Origin: a virus
UHGV virus genome: UHGV-0203537
Strand: one strand, 5' to 3'
Length of the DNA: 64,000 nt
A program made the translations under genes and the position numbers. Every line of letters starts with the position of its first letter. Position 1 is the first letter of the stretch. The notes under the pieces were generated by a model. That model was not told the DNA's origin and made no database searches. It saw nothing but the letters and a program-made list of their open reading frames with translations. This document shows, in pieces, positions 47,160 to 58,152 of this stretch.

Positions 47160-48919
47160 GCAAGTATAGACAGTATAATACAGGAATACAGGATAAATCC
47201 GAAAAAATGATGACTACAATAGCAAGACGTGCAGCTTTTTATAGGGAAAATCCAAACAGATTTGTTAAAGATTACCTGGGAATTGAATTGAAATTATTTC
47301 AAGAGATTATTCTTGTGATGATGAATTTCTGCACGAATAGTATGTTTTTGGCCGCAAGAGGTCTCGGAAAAACATACTTAACAGCTGTATTCTGTGTCGT
47401 CAGATGTATCTTATATCCTGGAACGAAAATATGTGTAGCGTCGAAAACACTTAAGCAGGCTAAGGAAGTTCTGAAAAAGATAACGTCAGAACTTATGCCC
47501 AGTTCTCCTAATCTAAGATTGGAGATAAAACAAATAACTCTCAACAGTGTAGATGCTCAAATTGAGTTTAAGAATGGATCAATAATTTTTGTTACAACCA
47601 CGACTGATACTGCTCGTGGCGGCAGATGTCATATACTGCTTGTAGATGAGTTCCGCTTATGTAAAAAAGAAGTTATTGAAACTGTTCTCAGACCTTTTAT
47701 GCGTTCGGAGCGTATGCCTGGTTTTTTCAAGAAGAAAGAATATGTTAACTATCCCAAGGAACGTAATAAAGAAATTTACATGTCTTCGGTGTGGCTTAAG
47801 TCGCATTGGGCATATAAAGAAGCGCAGAGCTATGTTGTCGATCTGATGAATCAAAAGAAGAAAACATTTATATGCGGACTTCCCTATCAGATGTCTATCA
47901 AAGAAGGACTTTTGAATCCAGAGCAAGTCTTGGAAGAAATGATGAGCCCGACTTTTAATGAAATTTCATTCAGCATGGAGTCTGGTTGCTTATGGTGGGG
48001 CGAAAGTGAAGATTCATTTTTCAGGTTTGACGATTTAATGAAAGCCAGAAGAATCAAAGAAGCAATATATCCCAAAGAGATATATACTCAGATCTCAAAC
48101 AAAATCATTAAGTATCCCGAAAAAACACCGGGAGAACTCAGATTGCTTTCTGCCGATATTGCCGTAATGAGTTCGAAACGCAATAAAAATGACGCAACAT
48201 CAATTTTTGTTACGCAGCTGCTTCCTACTAAGGACGGTCAATATATCAGAAATGTTCTTTATTCTGAAAATAAGGAAGGCGGGCATACAGAAGATCAAGC
48301 TCTGACTATCCGACGAATTTTTGAGCAAATGGATTGTGATTACATAGTTATTGATACTCAAGGTGTTGGTGTTGGAGTATTTGATAATCTTGTTAAGGAT
48401 ATGGCTGATGATGTAACCGGAGAATTTTATCCTGCTTTCACTTGTATTAACGATGCTGAGATGGCTGAGCACTATAAAGGATCAAGCACCAATCCTGCAA
48501 AAGTTATATATAGTGTAAAAGCTAACACGAAATGGAACTCTCAATGTGCATATGCTCTAAGAGACTGTATTCGTCGTGGCAAAATGAGACTTCTTCTTGA
48601 TGAAGAGGAATTTAATGATGAATATGAAAATAATAAGGCATTTTATAATTTGAGTGCCGAAGATAAACTCACCATTAAAATGCCCTATATCCAGACATCG
48701 TTGCTAATCAATGAATTAGTTAATCTTGAATATACGACTGTTGGAGCAGAAATAAAGATCAAAGAGACCGGAACAAATCGAAAAGACCGATACAGCTCAC
48801 TATCTTATGCAAATCAGATTGCAAATGAGCTTGAACGTAAATTGAGTAAGCCTAAACTTTCCCAGAGTGCATTTAGGCTTCAATGCAGAAGCCCTAAATG
48901 TATGTCGATAGGAAGGTGA
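47156..48919 (+). CDS. terL: terminase large subunit
   Basis: ARGLGKT Walker A, LLVDE Walker B, SADIA/VID/KDRYS nuclease acids. Confidence 0.9.
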   Translation: MSKYRQYNTGIQDKSEKMMTTIARRAAFYRENPNRFVKDYLGIELKLFQEIILVMMNFCTNSMFLAARGLGKTYLTAVFCVVRCILYPGTKICVASKTLKQAKEVLKKITSELMPSSPNLRLEIKQITLNSVDAQIEFKNGSIIFVTTTTDTARGGRCHILLVDEFRLCKKEVIETVLRPFMRSERMPGFFKKKEYVNYPKERNKEIYMSSVWLKSHWAYKEAQSYVVDLMNQKKKTFICGLPYQMSIKEGLLNPEQVLEEMMSPTFNEISFSMESGCLWWGESEDSFFRFDDLMKARRIKEAIYPKEIYTQISNKIIKYPEKTPGELRLLSADIAVMSSKRNKNDATSIFVTQLLPTKDGQYIRNVLYSENKEGGHTEDQALTIRRIFEQMDCDYIVIDTQGVGVGVFDNLVKDMADDVTGEFYPAFTCINDAEMAEHYKGSSTNPAKVIYSVKANTKWNSQCAYALRDCIRRGKMRLLLDEEEFNDEYENNKAFYNLSAEDKLTIKMPYIQTSLLINELVNLEYTTVGAEIKIKETGTNRKDRYSSLSYANQIANELERKLSKPKLSQSAFRLQCRSPKCMSIGR

Positions 48920-48925
48920 TATAAA

Positions 48926-50401
48926 ATGGCAGAACAAATAAACTATAACGAACAATGGAAGAATGCTATGAAAGATTTGCGATTTTCTAAGTTAACCGAC
49001 GTGCAACTTTTAAATTTAGCAAGCAATACTCATACTTCCGTTATTTATACCAAATATACAAAAGAAAACATCATTAAGTATCTTAAAAATCCTGAAACTA
49101 ATGCCAAACAGCTGCGCAATGCTTCGATATACTTATATGAAGTTTCGTCACAGTATCGTAGAGTAGTCAATTATTTTGCTCATATGTGTCCGCTTAATTA
49201 TATAATGTATCCGTTTAAGTTTGACGCCACTAAGGAAATAAATGATAAGGCTTTTAAAGCTTCATATAAAAAGGCTACGGATTTCATGTCGATATTCAAT
49301 CTACGTCATGAAATGAGCAAAGCATTGACTATCGCTTGGAGAGAAGATATTTTTGCAGGATACATTTATCAGACAAAAGACTCGTTTTACACAAGAAAGC
49401 TTCCTGCTGATTATGTCAAGATAGCCTCAATAGTCGATGGCTGTTATATTGTAGCTTTTGATTTCAGTTATTTCCGTGGAAAAGAAGATGAACTTGAATC
49501 GTATGGACAGGAATTTATTGATAAATACGAAATTTATAAGAAAGATTCCTCTCAGCGCTGGCAGCTTCTCGATGAAAAGAAACAGTTTTGCTTAAAAATT
49601 TCTGAAGATGTTACTTACCCTCTTATTCCTCTTGCCGGCTGTTTAGTGGGCATTTATGACATTGAAGATTATAAAGATCTTCAGAAGGGCGCCTCAATCC
49701 TGAGAAATTACAAGGCTCTTGGATTGAAGCTTCCTACTGATGAAGCCGGAAATCTTCTTATTGACAAAACGCTTGCAGATCAATTTTATGCTCAGCTGAC
49801 AAACATTACGCCTGATAATATTGGCGTTTTTGAAACCCCGATGGATGTACAAGTATTTGATTTCGAGAAGTCCGGAGCAGAAGATCCGGATAAAACCTAT
49901 GAAGCTATCCGAAATTTCTATAACGATGTTGGAGTTTCTTCGTTGCTTTTCGGCAGTGATAAGCAAACTGCAGCATCGTTGAATATTTCAATAACAGCAG
50001 ATGAGTGTCTGGCATTCGCCGTTAATCGTCAGATTGAACGTAATGTAAATAGGTTGCTTAAAAATCTTAGCGGTACACAAAAATTTCAGATAACCATTTT
50101 AGATATGAGCGAATTTCACAGGCAGCAGTTTCATGATTTACTTCTTAAGGATGCTCAATATGGCGTACCTGTTAAGTCTGCTATTGCAGCCTCAGTGGGA
50201 ATTGATCAACCTGCAATGAATGCTATGCTATTTATGGAAAATGATTTCCTGAAAATGCACGAAAAAATGATACCTCTAAGCTCTTCATATACTTTAGCTT
50301 CTGGTGATGAAGCAGGTCGCCCAACCGCCGAAGAAAACGGAGAAGAAATTTCCGATTCAAACGAAAATACAAGAGAACACGACAGTAACGCATCGAGGTG
50401 A
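48926..50401 (+). CDS. portal protein
   Basis: Position after TerL, 491 aa, IPLSSSYT..GRPT tail. Confidence 0.8.
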   Translation: MAEQINYNEQWKNAMKDLRFSKLTDVQLLNLASNTHTSVIYTKYTKENIIKYLKNPETNAKQLRNASIYLYEVSSQYRRVVNYFAHMCPLNYIMYPFKFDATKEINDKAFKASYKKATDFMSIFNLRHEMSKALTIAWREDIFAGYIYQTKDSFYTRKLPADYVKIASIVDGCYIVAFDFSYFRGKEDELESYGQEFIDKYEIYKKDSSQRWQLLDEKKQFCLKISEDVTYPLIPLAGCLVGIYDIEDYKDLQKGASILRNYKALGLKLPTDEAGNLLIDKTLADQFYAQLTNITPDNIGVFETPMDVQVFDFEKSGAEDPDKTYEAIRNFYNDVGVSSLLFGSDKQTAASLNISITADECLAFAVNRQIERNVNRLLKNLSGTQKFQITILDMSEFHRQQFHDLLLKDAQYGVPVKSAIAASVGIDQPAMNAMLFMENDFLKMHEKMIPLSSSYTLASGDEAGRPTAEENGEEISDSNENTREHDSNASR

Positions 50402-50405
50402 CAGT

Positions 50406-50588
50406 ATGAAATTTATTATTACACAAAGTGAGAGTGTTGCTGACGCTTTGATTAAATCTGGATATGAGCCGTTACCTAATATGGGTAGCGGTTTTTTCAT
50501 ATTTAAAAACGAACCATCAATCAAGAAGTTTTGTAAAGAAAATCTCAAAGATGGCGCTTACGTTTTTACAGACAAAATATTTCTTTGA
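50406..50588 (+). CDS. small hypothetical protein
   Basis: GAGGTG RBS, MKFIITQ. Confidence 0.6.
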   Translation: MKFIITQSESVADALIKSGYEPLPNMGSGFFIFKNEPSIKKFCKENLKDGAYVFTDKIFL

Positions 50589-52045
50589 GAAGGGCGGTGA
50601 AAAATTTGGCATTAAGCGAATTAAATAATGTTTCTCTCGCAGTAACATATGACCTTGATGAAAGTTTTGACACTGACCGATTCATTAAGATGAGACTCAG
50701 AGTATGTCATGATGGAGTAAATCCTAATGGTTCAAATTTCAACGTTGATGATATGAACTCTGCGAAAGATACACTGAAAAACATTCCTATTCTTGCAAAC
50801 GTTGAGTTTGACGAGAATGGCCAGCCCCAGTTTGGCTCTCATGATATGTCTATTGAAAAGGATAAGGTCAATGAGGGAGAATATCGTATGATTTACAAAG
50901 AAGTTCCCATTGGTGTTATTCCTGAGACGAACAATTATGAGGTAGCTGAATATGACGGCAAAAACTATGTATTTGTAGATGGATATGTATGGCGAGGATA
51001 TTCAAATTACGCTGAGGATATTATCGAGCGTGATAAAAATATCAAGCTTTCTATGGAAATTAGTGTTAATGAATTTACTTTTAATGCTGCCAAGAAAATC
51101 TATAACATAACCGACTATAAATACACCGGTATTACTTTTCTTAACAATGAGCTTGGTACAGGCATGAAAAATGCAATGGGTACTACAGACACATTCGCAG
51201 AAAAAGATAATATCAACGAAAAAATGCTTATTATCATGCAAGAGCTGAATGAAACTCTTGTCGCATTTAATAAGAAAAATACTGAAGAAGGAGGTAAAAA
51301 ACAAATGGATGAGAATATTGTAACAAACGCTACACCCGAAGAGCAGCCTGCTGTTCCTGCGGAAAATTTTGAAGGAGAGCCTGCTACACCCGAAATTCCT
51401 GCTTCAGTTGAAAGCGGAGCTCCCGCAAATGATAAATTTGTAAAGACTTTTGAGCTCTCTCATGACGACGTTCGTTGTGCTCTCTATGCTCTTCTTGAAC
51501 CTATCGAGACAGAGAATAATGATTGGTACTATATAGACGCCGTATATGATACATACTTCGATTATGCTTCTTGGTCTGGCAACTCTCTGTACAGACAGAA
51601 GTACACAAAGAATGGCGAAAACATTACTTTTGAGGGCGATCCCTATGAAGTATTCGTTGAAAAACTGACTTCCGATGAGAAGGCGGCTCTTGACACAATG
51701 AGAGCAAATTATGAGTCCATGCAGGCAGAGGTGACTTCACTCAGAGATTACAAGGCAAAGATTGAAGCTGAATTTGCTCTTGCAGAAAAGCAGGAAATTA
51801 TTGACAAGTGGTCTGAGAACCTGAAAGATTCTGCTGAGTTTGCAGCCCTTAAGGACAAGCTTAATGAGTATTCCAAGGAAGACCTTGAAAGGGAATGTAA
51901 GTGTATTTTTGCTGATGCGAAAGCAAGCTTTACATTTTCAGCAAAACCTAAAGATGATGGAGTAGTTAGAATACCTATCGTAGAAAAAGATTCCGTACCT
52001 TCCAGTCCTTATGGCGACTTGTTTGATTTGTACGGTACAAAGTAA
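50585..52045 (+). CDS. prohead protease/scaffold fusion
   Basis: H..N.NGS and SMEI protease motifs; acidic coiled-coil C-terminus. Confidence 0.75.
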   Translation: MRRAVKNLALSELNNVSLAVTYDLDESFDTDRFIKMRLRVCHDGVNPNGSNFNVDDMNSAKDTLKNIPILANVEFDENGQPQFGSHDMSIEKDKVNEGEYRMIYKEVPIGVIPETNNYEVAEYDGKNYVFVDGYVWRGYSNYAEDIIERDKNIKLSMEISVNEFTFNAAKKIYNITDYKYTGITFLNNELGTGMKNAMGTTDTFAEKDNINEKMLIIMQELNETLVAFNKKNTEEGGKKQMDENIVTNATPEEQPAVPAENFEGEPATPEIPASVESGAPANDKFVKTFELSHDDVRCALYALLEPIETENNDWYYIDAVYDTYFDYASWSGNSLYRQKYTKNGENITFEGDPYEVFVEKLTSDEKAALDTMRANYESMQAEVTSLRDYKAKIEAEFALAEKQEIIDKWSENLKDSAEFAALKDKLNEYSKEDLERECKCIFADAKASFTFSAKPKDDGVVRIPIVEKDSVPSSPYGDLFDLYGTK

Positions 52046-52056
52046 TATTAGAAAGG

Positions 52057-52563
52057 ATGAATAATATGGCATATACAGTTGTAAATCTCGATCGTATGAG
52101 CGGCACAGAAGACAGCACCCTTCTTGTATCTCTCAAGTATTTCGTTTCCGAGAACCCTGCCGAGATTGAAAATGGCGGAATTGTTGAAATTGGCGATCTT
52201 ATCGACAATGAGAGAGAAGTGAGAAAGGCAACAGCTCCTACAGCTTCTACTCCCATTACCAAGCTTGTACTCGTTGCAAATCCTGAAATAATTTATGATG
52301 AGACCAGACATCATGGTCTTGAAGAGTATGTTAACGAGGCCGGCAAGGTTATACGTGGTTATCGTTTCCACAGCGGAGATGGTTTCTCAATGACTGCTGA
52401 GGGCTTTTCCGGCACACCCGCTAAGGGCAAGTATCTTAAGGTTGGTACTACCACAAAGCCTGTAATTGCAAATGATACAAGCACTGGTACTATTATCGGT
52501 AAGATTACAGATGTGTACACCCTTGGTGCGCACACTTTCTATTACGTTGATGTTGCACTTTGA
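52057..52563 (+). CDS. capsid decoration/cement protein
   Basis: IENG motif; between scaffold and major capsid gene. Confidence 0.6.
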   Translation: MNNMAYTVVNLDRMSGTEDSTLLVSLKYFVSENPAEIENGGIVEIGDLIDNEREVRKATAPTASTPITKLVLVANPEIIYDETRHHGLEEYVNEAGKVIRGYRFHSGDGFSMTAEGFSGTPAKGKYLKVGTTTKPVIANDTSTGTIIGKITDVYTLGAHTFYYVDVAL

Positions 52564-52583
52564 TTTGAGAGGAGTGATTTTTA

Positions 52584-53585
52584 ATGGCTACAGTAAATGA
52601 TATTGTAAAGCTTGCAGTCGATACATATAACGGCGCCCCTGCCGGTCAGTATTCCCTTGATGAATCCCACGAGGTTGTTTATAACGCTATCGTTGCTGCA
52701 AATAATGGTAAGAAATATCTTGATAGGAGAGATATCCGTGACGGCAAGTGTGGCGAGCTCTTTGCTATCATCGAAGAGACTATTGTTAAGACAGTAATTG
52801 ATGGTCTTCAGGGTAATGAGTTCTTTATGAATATGGTCGAGTACAAGAACCTTGCTCTTGGCGATACTAATGAGTTTTATATTCCTGACGACTCCCTTTT
52901 CTATGTTGACGAGGTAGCTCGTGGTACTCAGGGTCTCAGACGTCAGAGACTTGGCGGCGGTAGTCGTATTTCTGTCAATATGAAGACTTACGGCATAAAG
53001 GTTTACGAGGAACTCGACAGAATGCTGTCCGGAAGAGCCGATCTCAACAATATGATTGATAGGGTCGGCAGATCTCTCGTTAAGAAGCAGTACGATGATA
53101 TTTTTACTGCATGGACAGGTCTTGTTAATAACTCCGGTTCTACTTACATTCCTGCATCTGGTTCTTATTCTGAAGCAGCACTTCTTGAACTTTGCGAGCA
53201 TGTTGAAGTAAATAATGGACAGACCCCTGTAATTATGGGTACTCGTACAGCTCTCAGAAAGGTTACTACTGCTACTGTTTCTGAGACCGCTAAGGAAGAT
53301 ATGTATAACATGGGTTACTATGGCAACTTCAATGGTATTCCTATGGTAAGAATTAACCAGATCCATAAGACAAATACCGATTCTTTCCTGCTTCCTGACA
53401 ATCAGCTTTATATTATAGGCGTTAATACTAAGCCTATTAAGTATGTAAATGAAGGTGAAGCACTTATTGTTCCTCCTACTTACGGTATGAATGCTGACTT
53501 CTCTGAAGACTACTTGTTTGTAAACAATGCAGGTATTCAGGTTATCATTCCTGATAAGAAGTTTGCTGTTTACACAATGTCCTAA
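52584..53585 (+). CDS. major capsid protein
   Basis: 333 aa, high-expression codon bias, GNFNGIPMV; synteny. Confidence 0.8.
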   Translation: MATVNDIVKLAVDTYNGAPAGQYSLDESHEVVYNAIVAANNGKKYLDRRDIRDGKCGELFAIIEETIVKTVIDGLQGNEFFMNMVEYKNLALGDTNEFYIPDDSLFYVDEVARGTQGLRRQRLGGGSRISVNMKTYGIKVYEELDRMLSGRADLNNMIDRVGRSLVKKQYDDIFTAWTGLVNNSGSTYIPASGSYSEAALLELCEHVEVNNGQTPVIMGTRTALRKVTTATVSETAKEDMYNMGYYGNFNGIPMVRINQIHKTNTDSFLLPDNQLYIIGVNTKPIKYVNEGEALIVPPTYGMNADFSEDYLFVNNAGIQVIIPDKKFAVYTMS

Positions 53586-53616
53586 TTGATATTGAGAATT
53601 TAAAGGAGAAAAATAT

Positions 53617-54162
53617 ATGGCATATTCAAAAGCTAAAGCTGCCGATATTGAGAAAACACAGGATTCGGGTACTGCTGAAACAGTGCCCGAAACTGTTTCT
53701 ACTACCTATGTCCCTCGCAGAAAAATTCCCCTTGACGCTCAGGTCATGGTTAAAAACCTGACCGGAGGCAAGCTCATTTATGTAAGTAAGAGACTTGTGG
53801 GTTATTCTGAAGAGTGGCACGAATTTGGTGAAGAAATCCCAATGGAAATGGCAGAACTGTATTCTATGAAGAATACTGATAGACGTTTCTTCACTGAGAA
53901 TTGGATCGAAGTTGACATGGCTGTTTTGCGTGATTTGCAGATGGATCGTTTCTATGAAAACGCTATTACTGCTGACGAGATTGAAAATCTTTTTAATATG
54001 GACCAAGAAGAACTTATAACTAAGATCAAAACTATGAGCCCTGTTATTAAGAATTGCGTTGGCATTAAAGCTATGGAGATGATTAAAGATGGTCGTCTTT
54101 CCAATATCAACACTATTACAGCTTTGGAAAAGGCTTTAAAATGTGAGCTTTATGAAAGATAA
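53617..54162 (+). CDS. virion-associated hypothetical protein
   Basis: Synteny after capsid gene. Confidence 0.6.
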   Translation: MAYSKAKAADIEKTQDSGTAETVPETVSTTYVPRRKIPLDAQVMVKNLTGGKLIYVSKRLVGYSEEWHEFGEEIPMEMAELYSMKNTDRRFFTENWIEVDMAVLRDLQMDRFYENAITADEIENLFNMDQEELITKIKTMSPVIKNCVGIKAMEMIKDGRLSNINTITALEKALKCELYER

Positions 54163-54173
54163 GGAGGTGGGCT

Positions 54174-54617
54174 ATGGCTACCCCCTATTCAAAAATTTAT
54201 GAGGCATTTGTTTTCAAGGTAAAAGCTTATGATCTTTTAATGCTACTCGAAGAAGATAGAGAGGATATACTTTATTTGTATCTGACATCTGTGTGTCGTA
54301 AAGTAGCGAAAACTGTAAAGACATATGCTAATCTCACTGACAGAAACGATGAAGTTAAAGAATTTCAGACAGAACTGGACGACGATATGATAGATATCAT
54401 CGCTGAATGTATGATTACAGAATGGTTGAAGCCCCAAATGTATTCGGACGAACTGCTTGAAAGTCGTTTGAATACTAAGGATTTCACTGAATACTCCCCT
54501 GCTAAGCTTATCGAACAAATGCGATATGTATATGAAATGAGCAAAAAGGAGTCAAAAGTTGCTATCAATAATTATACGTTTTCTCATGGCGATATTGCGG
54601 AGTTGAATAAATCATGA
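54174..54617 (+). CDS. head-tail adaptor-like protein
   Basis: MATPYSKIY..; synteny. Confidence 0.55.
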   Translation: MATPYSKIYEAFVFKVKAYDLLMLLEEDREDILYLYLTSVCRKVAKTVKTYANLTDRNDEVKEFQTELDDDMIDIIAECMITEWLKPQMYSDELLESRLNTKDFTEYSPAKLIEQMRYVYEMSKKESKVAINNYTFSHGDIAELNKS

Positions 54618-54940
54618 TTACTACAAGATATAATCCAATTCCTGATGAGTTATGCGAGAATTATTTCGATATTCTTATCAATCGTCTGTATAAAATTCTC
54701 CCTTTGAAAGAAGAATATTCCCCCACTGTATCAGTCTATATTGAGAGCTTGCTTTCAGAAATGACTGGTGGACAAGATGTAATTCTATTTATTCGTAATG
54801 ACGGACAATATCTTAGTATCATCAATTCATTGGAATACATAAAAGACTGTGAAGATATCTCAATTTGTAAGCGAGAAATTTTCAGATGTATTCGAATCGT
54901 GGGAACATTGAAGAGAAAGTATTTTGAGGTGAAAGAATGA
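54614..54940 (+). CDS. hypothetical morphogenesis protein
   Basis: Coupled; YKILPLKE. Confidence 0.6.
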   Translation: MITTRYNPIPDELCENYFDILINRLYKILPLKEEYSPTVSVYIESLLSEMTGGQDVILFIRNDGQYLSIINSLEYIKDCEDISICKREIFRCIRIVGTLKRKYFEVKE

Positions 54941-55971
54941 ATTGGTCATTGTATAATCAAAGTCTCACTGTAAAAGGTGATACTCGCAGAGACCGAGCAA
55001 TTTTTGAAACTCAACGTTCAATGAATAAAAGAATCCCAAGGTCTCCCGGGTACAAGAATGTTCTTATCGATGGAGAACAGCAGAATGTTGTTATTACTTC
55101 TTCTACTGAAAAGTATCACAAAAAAATAAATGCTATGCCCGGAGAGCATATTTATGCCGGAAGCATTGTCGAATGGAATAACTCTCATTTTCTCATTACT
55201 GACACAGACGTTGAAGATGAAATATATCAAAGCGGCGAAATGTATAGGTGCAATATCTATTTAAAGTGGCAAAATGAAAAAGGAGAGATAATCGGACGGT
55301 ATGGATATTCAGAAGATATCAGTCAGTTCGCATCCGGTACGGTCGAATCTAAGATCATGATGTCCATCGAACAGGTATTCGTTGTAAAGTTTCCTTGCGA
55401 TGAAGAAACGGTCAAACTGAGAAGAGATAAGCGCTTCTTAATTGATATCATCAACGATAAGCCCAATGCTTATATTTTGACCGGCAGAAATGTTCTTAGC
55501 GGAAACTGGACTGCAGGTGATATTACAGGAAAGGAATTTAATGGGAAAGATAGAGTTTTAACGCTGACATTCTCTCAGACGCAGCTGGGCGATGATGACA
55601 ACTTAGAACTTATGATTGCAGATTATTTTGACCCCAGGAAATTAGGGGAACAAACTGTAAAACAGGGATCTTGTACTATCTCCTATACAGGAGAGCCAAT
55701 CATAAAAGTTGGTGGTAGCTATAAGACTTTTTCTGTAAAATTCTTTGATTCAGACGGTAACGAAATTGCTATAGAACCACAATGGAAGTTGACCACTGTG
55801 AAGCCCGAATATGATGGTAACTTCAAAACAATAATTGCGGACAACAAAATAAAAATAAAAGCTGACAATGTTCTGGCTATGATAGGCGACCAAGTTCTTT
55901 TGGAAGTCTCTGATGAGACAGGAACGATATCAGCTCAACTTTTTATAAAGGTGGTGAGCCTATATGGCTAA
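54937..55971 (+). CDS. head closure/neck-type protein
   Basis: Beta-rich; synteny. Confidence 0.55.
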   Translation: MNWSLYNQSLTVKGDTRRDRAIFETQRSMNKRIPRSPGYKNVLIDGEQQNVVITSSTEKYHKKINAMPGEHIYAGSIVEWNNSHFLITDTDVEDEIYQSGEMYRCNIYLKWQNEKGEIIGRYGYSEDISQFASGTVESKIMMSIEQVFVVKFPCDEETVKLRRDKRFLIDIINDKPNAYILTGRNVLSGNWTAGDITGKEFNGKDRVLTLTFSQTQLGDDDNLELMIADYFDPRKLGEQTVKQGSCTISYTGEPIIKVGGSYKTFSVKFFDSDGNEIAIEPQWKLTTVKPEYDGNFKTIIADNKIKIKADNVLAMIGDQVLLEVSDETGTISAQLFIKVVSLYG

Positions 55972-56446
55972 TTCATTTGAAATAATCAAATACAAACAGC
56001 AAATAGGTTCAATGCTGATTAACTGTCCTGAAATTGTTGAACTTATCAATAATGATGAAATCGAAGAACCTGAAGACTTGATAGGAAAAAATATTTTCAA
56101 CTTTATCAGATATCCGAACGCTCCAGAAGAAGAAATTACTTTTATCGCATTTGAAGTCGATGTTCCGGAAGTTTATAGCGATAGGAATTATTTGTTCAAA
56201 CAGTTGACTATTACATTTTATATAGTATCACATGAAAGGCTTATGCCGACAGATGACGTGTCGGGCGGTGTAAGAAATGATCTTATTGCTGCTTACATAG
56301 ATAGGCTTTTTAATGGATATGAAGGTATAGGCAAAAAAGAACTGAGGCTTATCAGCAATACTGCCCAAGCCATAAGTGTAAAGCATCGTTGCAGAATAAT
56401 GAAATTTGTTGCTGATGACTTGAATAACAGCAGGTGTAAGATATGA
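55964..56446 (+). CDS. tail terminator-like protein
   Basis: Size and synteny. Confidence 0.5.
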   Translation: MANSFEIIKYKQQIGSMLINCPEIVELINNDEIEEPEDLIGKNIFNFIRYPNAPEEEITFIAFEVDVPEVYSDRNYLFKQLTITFYIVSHERLMPTDDVSGGVRNDLIAAYIDRLFNGYEGIGKKELRLISNTAQAISVKHRCRIMKFVADDLNNSRCKI

Positions 56447-57198
56447 GTGATATAAGTCTGTTAAACAAAAGTAAGTTTAAAGTCAACGATAATATTACGG
56501 TACATATTCCTACGCTGAGGGAAATTAAAGGCGACTCACCTAAGCTTTACGGAACAGATGAAGATGAAGCGAATTTTTATTCTTTGGTTAGCTTATTCAC
56601 TTCAACCTCTTCAGACATCATGCTTGAGTTGGATGAGGCGGGAATGGATTTTACAAAAATAACTGATTTTCAAACTTTTTTGATACTTTTTGGCGGAATG
56701 CCTAAAAAGATTCTGAGTGAAAAGTCTTCTTTAATGTTTGAAAATATAAATCTTGCTGACTTTGAAGTTAGTATGAGTACGATAAATGATTTACCTATAC
56801 TGTACGATGAGGAGCATGATATCACGATTGACGAGTTGATGTATATGCAACTTTCAACGATCTTTTGTACCGTGTATTCGATTGAAAAGAGACATCGCAA
56901 GCCTGGAGACACAACTGCTAAAGAATATATCATAGAACGTCAAAAGGTAAAAGCTAAAAGACGAAAGAAGCAAAAATATCATTCTCGACTGGACAAGCAG
57001 ATAATTGCGTTGGTTAACAATTCCAACTTTAAATACGATTTTGATACAGTTGAGAATCTTACGATGTATAACTTCATGTGTAGCTTAAAACAAATCGTTA
57101 AAAAATATCAAGTCGATAATTTAAACTCCGGAATATATGCCGGAACTGTTAATGCTAAGGGCTTAGGAGATAAACTTAATTGGCTTGATTATGAGTAA
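56443..57198 (+). CDS. tail assembly-associated hypothetical protein
   Basis: GIYAGTV..LNW end; synteny. Confidence 0.55.
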   Translation: MSDISLLNKSKFKVNDNITVHIPTLREIKGDSPKLYGTDEDEANFYSLVSLFTSTSSDIMLELDEAGMDFTKITDFQTFLILFGGMPKKILSEKSSLMFENINLADFEVSMSTINDLPILYDEEHDITIDELMYMQLSTIFCTVYSIEKRHRKPGDTTAKEYIIERQKVKAKRRKKQKYHSRLDKQIIALVNNSNFKYDFDTVENLTMYNFMCSLKQIVKKYQVDNLNSGIYAGTVNAKGLGDKLNWLDYE

Positions 57199-57227
57199 AA
57201 GACGGCAAACGACCGTCTTATTTTTTT
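57199..57227 (+). terminator. intrinsic terminator
   Basis: AAGACGG/CCGTCTT plus T7. Confidence 0.65.
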
Positions 57228-57243
57228 ATAAGGAGGAAAAAAC

Positions 57244-58050
57244 ATGGCTGTTACAATCAATGGATTTACTATTACTTCCCTTGAAACCATTCATGCTTAC
57301 AACAGAACTACTGGTGTTTGCGAGCTTTATCTTGATGAGCTTCAGGAAGCAACTATTGAAAACTCAGAGGATACTCAAGATATTACAGGTAAGGGTGACA
57401 GACTGCTTAAGCAGATCAAGAAGAATAAGGCAACTACTGTAACCGGTACTTCTGCACTTATCTGTGGCGATCTTATGGCTGCACAGACTGGCTCTGAGGT
57501 TGAAACTCCCGAGGGCGGTGTAAAGGTAAGAAAGCCTGATATTCTTGATGTAGCTAAGGGAGCTAAGAACGTAAAGACTACATTCAAGGCTGTTGGCGAG
57601 ACTGGCGCAGAGATTTCTTCTCTCTGTATCCTTACTTCTAACGGTGCTCTTGGTAAGAAATTCACACAGGGTGCGGCTGCTTCTGCTGACGAATTTACAT
57701 ATGATCCTACCACTCAGGTAATCACTTTGCCTACAGATATTGCAAAGTCTGGCGACCTTAAGATCGTAGCATTCTACGACTATCTTGCAGATGGCTCTAA
57801 GGTTGTAAATAAGTCTGATATTTTCGGCAAGACTCTTAAAGTTTATGTTGATTGCATTGGTACCGATGTTTGCGATAATGAGTACAAGTGTCAGTTCGTA
57901 ATTCCCAGAGGTCAGTTCTCCGGCGAATTCTCCATTTCTATGGGCGGAGATCAGACTGTTGAAGAGTTTACTATCAATACACTTGTTGATACATGTCAGA
58001 CTTCCGCAGCTGAGCTCTTTGAGTTTATTGTATATCAGGACGCAGTTTGA
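57244..58050 (+). CDS. major tail protein
   Basis: Strong RBS, high-expression codon bias, tail-tube-like beta pattern. Confidence 0.7.
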   Translation: MAVTINGFTITSLETIHAYNRTTGVCELYLDELQEATIENSEDTQDITGKGDRLLKQIKKNKATTVTGTSALICGDLMAAQTGSEVETPEGGVKVRKPDILDVAKGAKNVKTTFKAVGETGAEISSLCILTSNGALGKKFTQGAAASADEFTYDPTTQVITLPTDIAKSGDLKIVAFYDYLADGSKVVNKSDIFGKTLKVYVDCIGTDVCDNEYKCQFVIPRGQFSGEFSISMGGDQTVEEFTINTLVDTCQTSAAELFEFIVYQDAV

Positions 58051-58071
58051 TTTTAAATCTATAATCAAAGG

Positions 58072-58096
58072 AGAGGGCTTTAAGCCCTCTTTCTTT
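58072..58096 (+). terminator. intrinsic terminator
   Basis: AGAGGGCTT/AAGCCCTCT plus T-rich tail. Confidence 0.65.
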
Positions 58097-58152
58097 GTAC
58101 TTGTGCTTAGTGGCTCTGAGCCCGAGTACAAGGAAATTATTGAGGTGATTAT